This document shows, one piece after another, positions 37,758 to 50,279 of a stretch of 64,000 nt of DNA. Below the pieces are notes generated by a model. The model saw only the letters and a program-made list of their open reading frames with translations, ran no database searches and was not told the origin of the DNA. Numbering within the stretch: position 1 is the stretch's first letter; every line of letters begins with the position of its first letter. The stretch comes from Vicugna vicugna (taxonomy: Eukaryota). The stretch lies in the NCBI GenBank assembly GCA_013265495.1, contig MU058687.1, positions 3,846,001 to 3,910,000 on the forward strand. Reading direction: 5' to 3'. The translations under genes and the position numbers were made by a program.

Positions 37758-37968
37758 TAGTGCTATCCATTAGAACTTCCTATAATGATGGAAGTGTTCT
37801 AAGTCTGCCCTTCCGTTTGGTAGTCACTAACCACACGTGGCTGTTGAGGACTTGAAATGTGGCTGGTGTGACTGAGGAAAGGCATTTCACATTTTATTTA
37901 ATTTTGATTATTATATTTAAGTGTATATAGGTACATGTGGCTAGTGACTGCTCTACTGGACAAGGCAG
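37758..37968. mobile_element. MER3 (hAT-Charlie MITE)
   Basis: tagtgctatccattagaacttcctataatgatggaagtgttcta...ccacacgtggctgttgaggacttgaaatgtggctgg...acatgtggctagtgactgctctactggacaaggcag. Confidence 0.9.
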
Positions 37969-38079
37969 CTCGCTAGTCTGCTGAACGGTAACCCTCTGCT
38001 GCCTTTCAAACTGGGGGGTGCAGAGGTGACCCTGTGGTGACAGCGGTAGTACTGACCACTGCCCCGGGAATTATGCCTG

Positions 38080-38555
38080 TCATTTATTTAGCTCTTACTA
38101 TGTGCAAAGTAAGGTATTAAGTGCTTCCAGTTAGGTTACATCCTGTCGTCTCCGTGACAACCTTGTGGGTGACGGCTACAGGCAGGGATTCTGGATCCAA
38201 ACTGCCTGCATTCAAAACCTGGCTCCACACTTGTCAGTGGTAACCTCAGCCTTAGGTTATCCTCTCTGTGCCTCAGTTTCCTCATTTGGGAAATAGAGTA
38301 AATAACAGAAGCTTCTTCATATGCTTGTTAAGATGACGACAAGAGTCCGTGCATGTAAAGTATGTCACGTGGTGCCTGACATGTGACAAGGGTCTAATAC
38401 ACAGATGGTTTTGCCATTACCACGCTTTCACATGAGATGAAGAAACCAAGACACAGAGAGTAAGGCATCAAGCTGGAAGGCACCACTAACTGTGGGAGAT
38501 TTGGAACTCAACCTGCAGGTAGCCTGATTTCAAAGCCCAGGTTCTTAACTATACT
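38080..38555. mobile_element. Nested MIRs (plus-strand MIR ~38170-38400 inside a minus-strand MIR)
   Basis: ctctgtgcctcagtttcctcattt (+) flanked by catttattagctcttactatgtgc and gatgaagaaaccaagacacagagag (-). Confidence 0.75.
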
Positions 38556-38729
38556 GTGGTTTCTCTTCAGAGTTACTAGAAGTGTTACTTCTGGAGAACT
38601 AGTATTAAGATCCTCTAGCATGCTTGTTAAAAAGAGACTCACAGAGAACTAGTATCGCAGACTGTTTAGGGTGAAGACCGGAAATCTGCATTTTAATAAG
38701 TTCCCCAGGTGATTTTCAGAAGGAGGAGA

Positions 38730-39200
38730 ACCAGGGCAGGGCAGCATTCAGGAGGCCAAGAGAAGGGAGGATTTTAGCAAGAGGGTTGTCAGCAATGCCA
38801 CACACCACTGAGAACTCAAGCAGAAGCCTGGAGAGAGGACCTGGGGTAGACTTGACAAGCTGGACATGTTCGGTGCCTTTTGTCACCCGTGAAGTGATGA
38901 GGGATAGAAGCCCAGAGAGTGGATGGAGGTTGCAAGGTAGAGGCAAGGAATATAGATTACTCTCCTCAGAGGAAAAAGGAAGAGGGAGGATGCTTGGGGG
39001 TGAGACATGGTTGACAGAGGGTTGTTTGTAGGATGAGTCAGGCTTGAGTATGTTAACTGGAAGAGGGGACCCAGAGCCCATGGAGTAGAAGGATCTGAAG
39101 ATAGTGAAAGGAAGAGATGATTTTGGATCAAAACCTCAGAGGAAGGAAGAGGAGATCAGATCTTGAGAAAAGCTGGGGTACTTCTTTCTATGGGATAGGA
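38730..39200 (-). mobile_element. L2 fragment
   Basis: gagggttgtcagcaatgccacacaccactgagaactcaagcaga...cagaagcc...gagtggatgg. Confidence 0.55.
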
Positions 39201-39329
39201 AGGAAAAGTAGAGAAAAGCTTGGAGGTAGAAGCAAGCATTCACACTGAAATTCTTGGAAGTGTAATTCTAGATTGTTCAAGATGAGGGCAGTGGTGAGGG
39301 ATGAGGATGAACATGGTGACATCTACAAT

Positions 39330-39540
39330 ACTTCGAAGGCTTACTGCTCTGTGCCAGGCAATGCATAGTTCTTTTCAGGAATTAACCTTTTTTAATCTCA
39401 AGAGGTGAAGGTAATAGGCATACCCTTTTTACAGCCCTCAAGGAGAAGTTCACTGCCTGTGGTCCCTCAACTAGTAAGTGGTTGAGCTGGGATTTGACCC
39501 CAGGGGTCTGAGTTCAGAGTTTGATCTCTTAACTGCTATA
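39330..39540 (-). mobile_element. MIR SINE
   Basis: ctctgtgccaggca...ctagtaagtggttgagctgggatttgacccca...ctcttaac. Confidence 0.8.
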
Positions 39541-41570
39541 AAGAGTGAAAACAAGGCAGCCAAAATGAAGACTTGTATTCTCATAGTATTTTTTTTTTGG
39601 AACTCTTCTCCCCATTTTACAGGTGTCAAAACCAAAGCCAAATTTGCCAAACTTGTCCCCTGTCTGGGTAGGGTCAGAGCTATGGCTGAAATTGGAGACT
39701 CTTGATTTCTGGTTCTGTTCTCTTTCCCAGGAAATGAACACCCACACACGCAGCTCCTGAGTAAACTCTGTTACATTTCCGAGCAATGTCTTTCCCTCTC
39801 TTCTTGCTTCCATTCCAACACCTGCCCCCACCTCTGCTGCCACCCTCACCCCAGTCCTGAAATGCCAGGAAGGAAGGTGGTCCAGCACCTGCTCCCTCCT
39901 GCTGGCTGGAATCCTCATCCTGGCCTGGTGCCACTGCCCTGCTCTAGCACGAGGGGCCCCATGCAGGCAGGCAGCGGGTGGAAGGCCATGTTTGTTTTGC
40001 TTTTACTGTTAAATAATATAAATCTCTTGGCTGCACCACCCGCCGGGACGTGAGTTGTGTGTCTTCCCCGCACAGTCGCTAATGAGACAGTTAATCATTT
40101 GTTTATTCTGTGTGAAGAGAGGTGGCGGCCATATCTCTCAAACCAGACACAGGGCTCAGGACCCTTGGGGAAGCTGCCCACCCCTGGCACGTGCGTCACC
40201 CACAGTCCCAGCACAGTCCTGCCCTGCAGGCTCCCACACCTCTTTCCCCAAAGCCTTGACCAGGATGCAGGCATCAACTGATGAGGATATTATTACTGTT
40301 ATTGGACCTATTATTTTTTAAAAACACTTCCTTCTCTGAGAAGCAAAAAAAAAAAAAGTAATTTATAAAGATGCTTTGTTGGGAGATAAGTAGGTTTCCT
40401 CTTGGGCGCGGGGGTTTATCTCACTTATGCAGAGGTTCCTAGAGGTCGTGCAATGCACGAGATAAAGCTCTGGGATCCTCCCCAGGGAAGACAGTCAGCA
40501 TTCTGCTGTTTTCCTATTTTCAGGGTTAAAGAGGTGAAATCAGCTGTGTTCCTCCCCCAGGCTCCCTGGGGCTGAGGCTACTTTTATTAGAGCAAATCAG
40601 GCTTGTCCAGGAGCCATGGGATGGGGGAGGAGAGAGCCAGGAGGATGTGAGGAAGGGGCTGGGGTGAGGGGTGTGCTGGAGAGACTGCTGCCTGCCTCTG
40701 GAATGCCCAATCTGAATGATTGTCTTCAAGGACTCCCATCTCATCCATTTGCATGCTGTTAGCATTCTCGTGCTATTTTCTTGGTGTTTGGATAAATCCT
40801 ATTGCCCGAAGCTTATATTTCAATTAACTAGGTCCAACAGTCTGTGTCCTGAGGTGTAGGGATCGGCTGGGGCCTTGCATCATTGACAGTCTGTCTGTCT
40901 GTCTTTAGTCAGCCAGCTCCCATCCTTGAGCCTGTGCCCCTCTGCGGAACTATTTGCATCCCAGGCAGGGGCAGAAGTTCCCAGGGCAGGGCTTATGTTT
41001 TAGGAGCAGTCTGGATGGGCAGAACAGCTATTCTTTTAGACCACTGGAGCAGGGACAAGAGTGTACGGGCCTCCATGTAAACAGTGAAGCAGGTCGGAGG
41101 CGGCAGAGGAGTGGAATCGGCTCCTGGCCACGGCTGATTTCTAGTTTTCTCTCTGCTTCACCCTGGGACTCTGGGTGAGATACTTCTACTTTAGTCTCCC
41201 ACCTAGATATATTCTTCTTCCTCTCATCCTTTCTCCTCCCTTTTCTTCCCCCAACCCCCCTTTTCAACCTCTACATCTTTATTCTTGTGTCCTCCAGCAG
41301 AATTTCTTTCCCTTTTCTTTTCATGCTACTCCTTACCAAAACCATCCTCAAAGGTTCAGTTTAAATGTCACCCCCTCCAGGAAGCCTTCCCTTTATTCTC
41401 TCCAGGCAGAATTAACCTTCCTTTCTGTGCTTCAGATTACTCGGATCTCACACCTCTCCCTTCTTCGGGTCAGGGTCAGGGCTGGCATCTCACCCTGGGT
41501 GTGTGTCTCATGACACAGCATCACACAGTCCACGTGATTTTGTGTCTTTGAGTTTGTTCTGGTTTAGCTT

Positions 41571-42022
41571 TGTAATGGGTTTAATGGTGACCTCCCAAAT
41601 AATACGGCTTGTTCTGATTTCTGGACCCCATGAATATTACCTTACTGGGAAAACCGGTCGTTGTAAATGTAATTAAGTTAAGGATCTTGAGATGAAGAGA
41701 TAATTCTGGATTATTCAGGTGGGCTTGAAAACCAGGGACAAGTGTCCTTACAAGAGACACACAGGGGAGATTTGACAGACAGAAAAGGAGGTGATGTGAA
41801 GATGGGGGCAGAAATTGCAGTGATGCAGTCACAAGCCATTGAATCCAAGGAATCCTGACAGCTGCCAGAAGCCGGGAAAGGCAAGGAAGGATTCTCTCCA
41901 AGAGCCTCCGGAGGGAGTGGCTCGGCCAACACCTTGATTTCAGACTTCCGTCCTTTAGAACTGTGAGAGAATAAATCCGGCTTGTGGTAACTTGTTGCAG
42001 TGGCCTTGGGAAACTAATCACA
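41571..42022 (+). mobile_element. MaLR solo LTR (MLT1C-like)
   Basis: tgtaatggg...gtaattaagttaaggatcttgagatg...ccaacaccttgatttcagacttc...agaactgtgagagaataaat...aaactaatcaca. Confidence 0.92.
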
Positions 42023-42239
42023 GGCGGGTGGGCCTGGGAGAGGCAGAAAGAACACAAAAGTATCACTGTGCAGAATCCAGACCCTTCCTTCCAGAGTTGT
42101 TTATTACCACCCTGGCTCCTTCTACTTTTGTTTTATATAGTCCAAGCCCTGTCACTCCTGTACCTTCTGGAGTTAAGGACAGGCCTTGATAGAGTTGGAA
42201 CCTCAATCCTGAGTAAACAATTATCATTATAATACCAGC

Positions 42240-42460
42240 GACAGCAGCTGGCGTTTGTACAGTTTGCAGAGCACTTTGCCTCATCTCATTTCACCCTGTC
42301 TTTACAAGAGCCTTGAAAGGTGGGTGTTGGGATCCCCATTGACACATGAGGAAACGGACAACCGGAAGTGCAGAGGGACTCCGGCATAACCGCACATGCA
42401 ACGGCTGCGGTTGCGCCAAGACTTCAGAAACCCTTGTCTTCTGGTTCCGAAGCCATTGTT
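42240..42460 (-). mobile_element. MIR SINE
   Basis: acagtttgcagagcacttt...atctcattt...ccccattgacacatgaggaaac. Confidence 0.7.
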
Positions 42461-42714
42461 TTCCAACTGTGTGCTTGATGTTCTTTGGAGATAAGACCCA
42501 CTGGGTCAAATCTGTTTTTTATTCTCTCCAAGACAAGAATATACTTTACCTGAAGTAGAGATGCCCACTTTTCCTTCTTTCCCTCAAGATGTGCTCAGAC
42601 TCAGCAGACTTTGGCAGCAATGCAGAGGCTGAGAGGGAGCCCTGTTTCTTCAAGGGTCTTTGTTTTAAAAGGAATCTCTGTGTGCGTTAATCCTCTGTTA
42701 TTGTTTGGGTAGGC

Positions 42715-42720
<6 letters not shown>

Positions 42721-42748
<28 letters not shown>
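42721..42748 (+). repeat. (GT)14 microsatellite
   Basis: Read directly. Confidence 0.95.
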
Positions 42749-42750
<2 letters not shown>

Positions 42751-42796
42751 TGTTTTCACGCATGCTTGCACATGCAGTCTGCACTTTGCCAGCCGT

Positions 42797-42815
42797 TATC
42801 CCCCTCTGGTGGTCA
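42797..42815 (-). promoter_or_regulatory. Candidate CTCF site
   Basis: Minus strand TGACCACCAGAGGGGGATA vs consensus TGGCCACCAGGGGGCGCTA; the conserved C of GGC is changed. Confidence 0.35.
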
Positions 42816-43009
42816 CTGGCATAAATCCATCACCTGATCATCTAAAATCTCAATGAAAGGACAATCACTAGGCCAGGAAGACTGAGGGAAAGTCAGCAGT
42901 GAATGCATATAGTATGGTTGATATTTGCACACTCCTCTCTCTTTAAAAGCTTCAGTGGATGATTCTGCTCCCCAAATGGGACACCTTTATCCAAGGAAAG
43001 TAAGAGAGT

Positions 43010-43230
43010 TGCATAAGTGGAAAGAAAGTGGGCTTTGAGTCTGACAGACATAAGTTCACATCTTAACTGTGCTGCTTAACATCTACATTGGTTTGAGTTT
43101 AATTAACCTTGCCCATCTGTAACTTTAAAATGGGGCAATAACAAATACCCTCCCAGGGGTGTTACAAGGTTATGTGAAATAATGTGCTTAAATTGCCTGG
43201 TACATATTAGACACTCAGTCGTTGTTTATT
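43010..43230 (+). mobile_element. MIR SINE
   Basis: gtggaaagaaagtgggctttgagtctgacagac...aaaatggggcaataa...cctggtacat. Confidence 0.8.
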
Positions 43231-43489
43231 TTCTCCCTCTTACCCACAAATGGTTAATACTGCTATTAAAATTATGCTTCTTTTGTAAAGCATATCTTTA
43301 TCTAGGGAAAACTGAGTAGTTCTGTCACATTATTCCCTGGAAAAGAGGAAGATGTCCTTTTTGCAAAGCGGAAGCTAAGGACTTAAAGATCTGAGGAAAT
43401 GAATATTCAGATTCCAGTAAGTAAGAGTTAGGGCTTAAACAGACATAGGAATGCTCTTTTTCCCCACTTTAATGGAAGGGGAAGTAAAG

Positions 43490-43700
43490 TAGTATTTATT
43501 TGCACCCCCTAATATAAGCCAGGTTCTTTACTCAAATATTTAATTCTTATAACAACCCAACAAGTTTGGTAATATTATCCCTATTTTATAGATGAGGAAA
43601 TGCAGACTTAGGGAATTCTACTTCTTGTAGGTTACAGAGCCAAGAAACCACATTCCTACCGAGGCTACCTAACTCCTGTGCCAGGGCTCTTATGCCCCAC
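43490..43700 (-). mobile_element. MIR SINE
   Basis: attatccctattttatagatgaggaaa. Confidence 0.8.
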
Positions 43701-44686
43701 CATGCTGCTTCCCTAGGAACCCTGGGGGAAATGCAGCTCACAAAGGGCCCATGTATAAGGGTTAATCAAGAGACATTGTTATCATCTGCACTTGCCAAAG
43801 AGCACAATATGCAATTCCTGGAAGCTGGTGTCTTCCCAGTTATTCAGCAATAAGGGGTTGGGGAGTCTGCACAGATCATGACCAGTAATGTAATGGTAGA
43901 CCCAAGAAGTTTCCCCTCTGTCCTACTGTTTATAGACCTGATGCCCATTATTATTTTGAGGAGGGTTTGAGAAAGGCTACCCAAGATATTCAGTACACCC
44001 CAGGTTGTTATTTGAGTGAATAGAGTTGGAGTACAGATAGAAGTAATTATATCAGTTCTCCTTGAATTAAACCCAGAGATGAGTCTAGTTAGCCAGTTAG
44101 CAAATGCTTCTGGTTATCTTGTTAGACTTTGCAGAGCAACAGAGGGACTTGTGGGGAAATAGTTTTACAAAGGAGAAGGAACTGTAAACTCACCACAGAG
44201 ATTGAAGAACTACATATGAGACAGGACTGCAGTTGTAACATAACACATTTTCCTGTGTGGTTGTTGGGAGACCTGTGTCCTGATTCTTGACCTGACAGCT
44301 TTGCAACCTAGGGGAAGTCATTCTCTCCTTGGGAATCAGTTTGTAAAATAAAAAGGTCAGACAAGATGATGTCTAGGATTCCTTTCAGATACACACATAT
44401 GTTGTTTTTTGAATCTGAGTGCAGTCAGAAGTGAGGGAGGCAGAGAGCCAATCAGACTGAACTAGCAGAGTTTCAGCTGGGTGCAGAAAGAGCTTCAGTG
44501 ACTATCTGTGCAATGGACCAAGAAGTATTCCTGGAGGTGGGTGGTTGGCATTAGGCTTCCCCATGCCCATGCATAGTGCCATTTTTATTAAAGCATTCAC
44601 CAGGCTCTAGTATCATTGATGGAAGAAACCAACTATTTCTTGTGGTGATCAGTAAGTGGTGGTGAAAAGAATGAACAACGAAGCTC

Positions 44687-45158
44687 TTTTATTTTATTAT
44701 TTATTTATTTATTTATTTATTTAGTTAGTTAATTTAAGTACAGACAGTTACAATATGTCAATCTCTGGCGTACAGCACAATGTCTCAGTCATGTATGTAT
44801 ATACATATATTTGTTTTCATATTTTTTCATTAAAGATTATTCCAAGGTATTGAACACAATTCCCTGTGCTATACAAAAGAAACTTTAAAAAAATCTATTT
44901 TTATATATAGTGGCTAACATTTATAAATCTCAAACTCCCGAATTTATCCCCTCCCACCCCCCTTCCCTGGCAACCATAAGATTATTTACTAAGACTGCAA
45001 GTCTCTTTCTGCTTAGTAGATGAGTTCATAGTGTCCTTTGTTTTTTTAGATTCCACATGTGAGTGATACCGTATGGTATTTTTCTTTCTCTTTTCGGCTT
45101 ACTTCAGTTAGAATGACGCTGTCTAGGTCCATCCATGTTGCTGCAATGGCATTATTTT
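44687..45158 (-). mobile_element. Young-looking, 5'-truncated L1 3' end (camelid-type) with a (TTTA)n tail
   Basis: (ttta)n ~44687-44725; tacagcacaatg...ttccctgtgctataca...ttagattccacatgtgagtgatac...aggtccatccatgttgctgcaatggc. Confidence 0.9.
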
Positions 45159-45759
45159 AGATCCCACTTCTCTAGAGATGTTCTTCATGCATCAGCTTTG
45201 TTTGGGATCTCTTCTCCTCCATGGGACAATAAATTTGAAAGTTCTAGCTAGGAAGGGTAGCTGAAGGTGAGTTGATGTTTGTAGAAATAGATGAACGTTG
45301 GAAGTTGTGCCTCTGGTTCTGATAAAAAAAAAAAACAAACCTACTGACCTTTATCGCCTTGCCTCCTTGGGTTGTGAAACTTCCCTGAAAATGATGTGAG
45401 TGGGAGGCAGTGCCAAGAATGGTGTTCACTGGCTTACAGCCTTATCACAGTTCCTGTTCCCATTGCTAGTCTGTGGTCAAACACAATATATTTGACAGTA
45501 TATATATACCTGACTTTTCTTATAACTGTCATACACTCCTTGTGGCCACCATGTTTCCCCCTCCTTATACCCTTCTGAGATTGCCACTATAGGCATTATC
45601 ATTTTTAAACTCAGTGTAACTACTTTCTTTTCCCAAATTTTATTTTTACTTGATATCAAATCAATGAATTTAAAGTGAAGCCTCAGGAAGGAGGCTAAAG
45701 GGAAACCAAAGGTCCACATGCAAGGTGGGAGAGGGAGTGAACTTATACAATCATGTCCA

Positions 45760-45980
45760 CTGAACAATGCACTTAACATTGTGCTCTGGGATTTATGTGC
45801 ATTGTTCATAATCTCATCAACAATCCTATGAAGAAAGTGTGATCCTGTAATTTTACACAGGCAGAGGCTGAGGCTCAGGACAATTACATAAGTATCCAAG
45901 ATCACATAGCTAGTGAGAGGCAGACCTGGGACCTGAGGCAGGATTGTGTGACTCCAGACTCAGTCCATCTTCTCAATGTA
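45760..45980 (-). mobile_element. MIR SINE
   Basis: aatctcatcaacaatcctatga...ctgaggctcag...ccaagatcacatagctagt...tgactccaga. Confidence 0.85.
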
Positions 45981-46524
45981 GCATATTTCCTTACAGACTC
46001 TCTATCTTAGACATATTTCAAGGTATATTTATTTCACACTTACCACTGAAATGGTCAAACGATGACACAGCATTTAGGTGCCTAGCCCAGGCCCCTGACA
46101 CAAAGCAAGGGTTCAGTAGACATTAGCTGATATTGCTGTTACTTTGACATTTGAATAGCTTGGGGTTTTTCACTATATCCTGGGATGTGAAAGGGGAAAA
46201 CAAGGTTAGTTAATTGTAGACAGTCCAACGTTTGGGTAGTAGGATAAATATTACTGTTTATTGATTAATTCCAAGCTTTATGAAGAATGAGTAGCTGCTC
46301 TACTTAAAGGTTACCTTTGCCTCAACCTAGGTCAGGTCAGTGAAGATGTCTGTTCCAGACTTAGACTTGTTTTTACGTGATTGATTATTATTGCCATCAC
46401 TTCTAGGTAACCACGAGTGTTCCCTATGGTACACAGCATGGTTCAGCATTCGGGAATTCAGTTTGCGAACTTTACTTTGGAAACTACCATTGTATGCCAT
46501 TGAAGAATGGCTTCAGGCCTGGGT

Positions 46525-46545
46525 GCCTCTGTCCAAGGTGCTGAA
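46525..46545 (-). promoter_or_regulatory. RE1/NRSE (REST/NRSF binding site)
   Basis: Minus strand TTCAGCACC-TT-GGACAG-AGGC vs canonical TTCAGCACC-NN-GGACAG-CGCC; both half-sites perfect, canonical 2-bp spacer. Confidence 0.8.
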
Positions 46546-46649
46546 ACCAGAGCTCCTGGGAGGCAGAAGCAGATGGTACCACATGACACCTCTTAGCTTC
46601 ATAGCCTGCCTGAACTCAAGAGACTGAACTACTGTGAAAATAAGGCTGG

Positions 46650-46860
46650 CTTCGGAGTTGAGGGATTTGGTTAAAGTTCCAATAACTTGCTGTGTGGCCT
46701 CAGGCAAACAATGTAGCCTCTCTGTTTCAATGTTCCCATTGGTAAAATTGGATTGCCACATTCTGATTCCTATTTCAGAGTGCTGCTGATTTTGTGTGAG
46801 TAAATGAGATAACAGATGCTAAAGTGGGATATAATGCATGGTATGATTATGCTGTTATTA
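46650..46860 (+). mobile_element. MIR SINE
   Basis: gctgtgtggcctcaggcaa...cctctctgtttc...gtaaaattgg...taaatgagataa. Confidence 0.75.
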
Positions 46861-47279
46861 TTGCTGCTCAGTCTTTTAATCATACAGTTTGTATCGTTTT
46901 AATTCACTGAGGCACCCTAAGGCCTAATAACATACAATGCAGAGAGCAGGAAGTAAAAAAAACTGATAATTGCACTGGAAAAACAAAGAAGTAACTTTTC
47001 TATGTTGTTTGTAAGCTCCTGTATAGCTACATAGCTCAGGGTGTGTCTCTAAGAAGAAGAAAGATAATGACCAGTGAGGAGTCAGCCCCCGTCTGGAAGG
47101 AGAGAAAACAAAGATCACATCTGGTTTCCTCCACAGGCCCCAAAGGGAAGCTCATGTCTACTGTCACAGGTCCTGAGTCTCACCATTAGCCTGATATTAT
47201 AGCTTGGTATTCCTTGCCCTTCAGATAGTGATTGCATTCTCCCTTTTTGAGTTAAACATATTTACTATGGCCTGGTATT

Positions 47280-47480
47280 TGGAGATTGAACTCTTGGGTT
47301 TAAGTTCTTTCTCTAGCTATAGAATCTTCATGAAGTAAGTAATTTAACCTCTTCTAAACTCAGTTTCTCCATCTGTAAAGTGGGATCAGTAATACTAATA
47401 TCTGCCTTGTGAGATGATTGAGAAAATAAAAATTTTAAAAGAGGCTTTATAAAATTATATAAACATTAGTTGTCATTTTT
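47280..47480 (+). mobile_element. MIR SINE
   Basis: tttaacctcttctaaactcagtttctccatctgtaaagtgggat. Confidence 0.8.
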
Positions 47481-47589
47481 CTCTGACATGCTCTGGTCAA
47501 AGTGTCTCATGAGTGTGTCTTACCTTTTCTCTGTTTCGTACTTTGTGTGTTCTGTTCTTTTTACCAGATACAGCTTCTCCATCTCCTGT

Positions 47590-47830
47590 TAAAATCTTCA
47601 AATATCAGGTCACATACCACCTTCCCTGACCATCCCAACCATAAGTGATTTTTTTTCCTTTCCAGAACTCGTAGAGAATCTATTATCTTTATTATTCATC
47701 TTGTTTCCTCAAACTATGGTAGTGTTGTTATTTTAGTACATTTTTACTTCCCTTGATAGATTATGAGATCTTGGAAGATGGGATCATATCCTGTACATAG
47801 TAGATGCCCAATACCCGTTTGAATAAATGT
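47590..47830 (+). mobile_element. L2 3' end
   Basis: ccttccctgacc...tagattatgagatcttgga...acatagtagatgcccaat...ttgaataaatg. Confidence 0.7.
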
Positions 47831-49299
47831 GTAAGATGGATGTTATCAGTGCCAATGTCTTTAGGTCTTCTTTAAAATACAAATATTGCTGGGGAGAGTG
47901 ACTCAGTAGGTCATGAATACACATATATGAATTAAGAGCATTGGATTTGGGTGGCCAAATGAGGGTGGAAGGGAAAAGTTGGAGAGAACAAGTTGAATAA
48001 AAAAGTGGGAACTGCTAAAGACATGTTTCATCATTGTAGCAGTTTTTCCTGGTTTTTGGTCTTGGAGATGCCATGGAACCAGTGTATTAACTTGGAAAGA
48101 TAACTTATGAGCGAACTCTAAACAGGGATAAGAGTTAGAATTCATGGACACAGGAAATTATGCAATATCTAGGTCCACCAGAAGGTGGCTCACTATCACT
48201 AACTCCACGGTCTGGCAGCTTCGCTCCCGGGGATCTCCCAAATCGACATGGTATTCTGACGGGTAGTTCTCCTCTGCATTTTCTGTGGTTCAGTGCTGCC
48301 CCTCCTTATCCCCTCCTCTGTCCCCTCCCCATGCGCTCTTCTTCATGATGTAAAAACATGAACCTGACTACAGTCGGTAGGCTGGAGAGTGTCACCCATG
48401 GGACTTTCACCTTTGGGAAGGTTCCAGCTGAGATGGGATAGAGGTACCTCAGGTCCCTCTCAACTCCTGCTAAGGTATAGAACCAAAGTCAGATCACACC
48501 CTCTGCATTTGTATCTCCCATCTGGACTCTTAGAGGGTGAGCAGTCAGTGCCTTTTTGGACAAAGAAGGAGGTAAAGGGAGAAAAATCACCGCCTTTTGT
48601 ATACTTTCATTCTTTGCCCCCTCTGCACCCCCTCTGTTATTCTGGATTTCTTGTCCGAATTGCAGGAACAGCACCTCTCTCTCTGTTTCTTCCCTGGATC
48701 ACCTCATCTCACTGTCCTTGTATTTCCACAAGATATGTGGCTCAGGTATTTCTCTCTTTTTTTAAAAAAATTATAACGATAGCCTTCATTTTTATGGTTT
48801 TTTTACAGTTATCAAAGCCATTTTTTTCATGCACCATTTAATTTGACCCTCACAACAGCTATGAAAAGTTTTGGAGCAGAGTTATTGAAATCCCCATTGT
48901 ACTCATGTATTTTCATCTGCACAATGAGAAGAAAAGGGAGAGGAAGTGATTTTCTCGGAATATATAAGAAATAACTAAGACTCCTAATGAATCCTACACT
49001 TCTGCTTCTTACTATGAATGATACAAGTAAGGTCCAAAAAGGAATCTAGAACATACCCCCGGTCCTGTAGTGGTAGAAATGGGGCTGGAGTGAACATCTG
49101 ATTCACGGCTTAGTGCTCTTTCTATCCCACTGTAGAGCCTTTCTCCATAATCTAACAAACTATTGGCTAGCTATCCAGCCAATCAATTTACCATCTAGCC
49201 TCTTAAAACTCTAGAGTGTGTATCAATCAAAATCTTGAAAGAAGGTCCCAGAGGTGAATGCCTGAAGCATTCTGGAAAGCTCATCAGGAATAATTTTTT

Positions 49300-49480
49300 T
49301 TTAAGCTAAAAATAGATGAAAACAAAGACTGGGAAGAAATCCATCAAAATGTTAACAATGATTACATTTGGGTGATAGAATTGTGGACAATTTATTTTAA
49401 TTTTTCTGTGTTTCTGCATTTTCAGATTTTCTTCAGCAAGATGTTACTACTTTATAATGGAAAATAAACATTAAAATGTA
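49300..49480 (+). mobile_element. Old L1 (L1ME-like) 3' end
   Basis: agactgggaagaaatccatcaaaatgttaacaatgatta...gggtgatagaattgtggacaattt...tttataatggaaaataaa. Confidence 0.7.
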
Positions 49481-50279
49481 GAAAAAAGAGATTCTGGGCA
49501 CAGGTATTGCATCTGTGTATGTGGTGGCTATTACCAAATTGCATTAGTTTAAACTGAGGATAAATAAAGCAGGAATGATTCTTTGATCTTCTCTTCCAAC
49601 AGGGTGTTCTGTGTGTCTCTGGTTCCCATTTCTCCCCTGCAGCCCCAGCTGATGGTTTTGGCAGGTTGCACTCACACCTTCTCCTTCCGTGTGGCTCTGG
49701 TCTGCTCCACAGAACCATAGCACACAACCGGGGAGGCAGGGGGGCACCAGAGCCTCACCCTCTCTTGGCCGAGCTGTGGGCTGCTGCACACCTCGCTCTG
49801 CCTGCTGTGGACTTACGTAACACATTCACAGGACTTCATTTTCCAGTAGATTGAAAGCAAAGCCACTGTTGATTTTCTCCAAAAAGATCTATTTGGAAGT
49901 GCAATTGCCTTGAATTACATGGTGGCACGAGAGGCCAGACCTTGCTGTAAATAACTTTCCTTTCAGCCACACAGAGGCCCGGCTGGCAGCAGAATCCAAG
50001 CTTCAGATGACAGTGCTTGATGTAGAGAGAGAGAGGGAAAGAGGGAGAGGGTGTGTGAAAACAGGGGTGCACAGTCTTGGGGCTTTTGCTCACCTGCTGC
50101 CACTTCTTTCACTTCTGAAGTTTTATGTCTGAGTGAGGGGTGAGGGCAGAGAGTGGGGAGGACCAGGACTGGGCTTCTGGGTTTATATGACCTCTCTCTG
50201 GTTACATCTCCTGTCCTGCCAATGAGGGGTCTTGGGGCTGCGTGAGATCGAGTGACTTGTGCATACAGTGTCGGGTGGC

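Noticed and set aside
41581..42066. 161-aa minus-strand ORF
   Set aside because: Antisense read-through of an MLT1 LTR.
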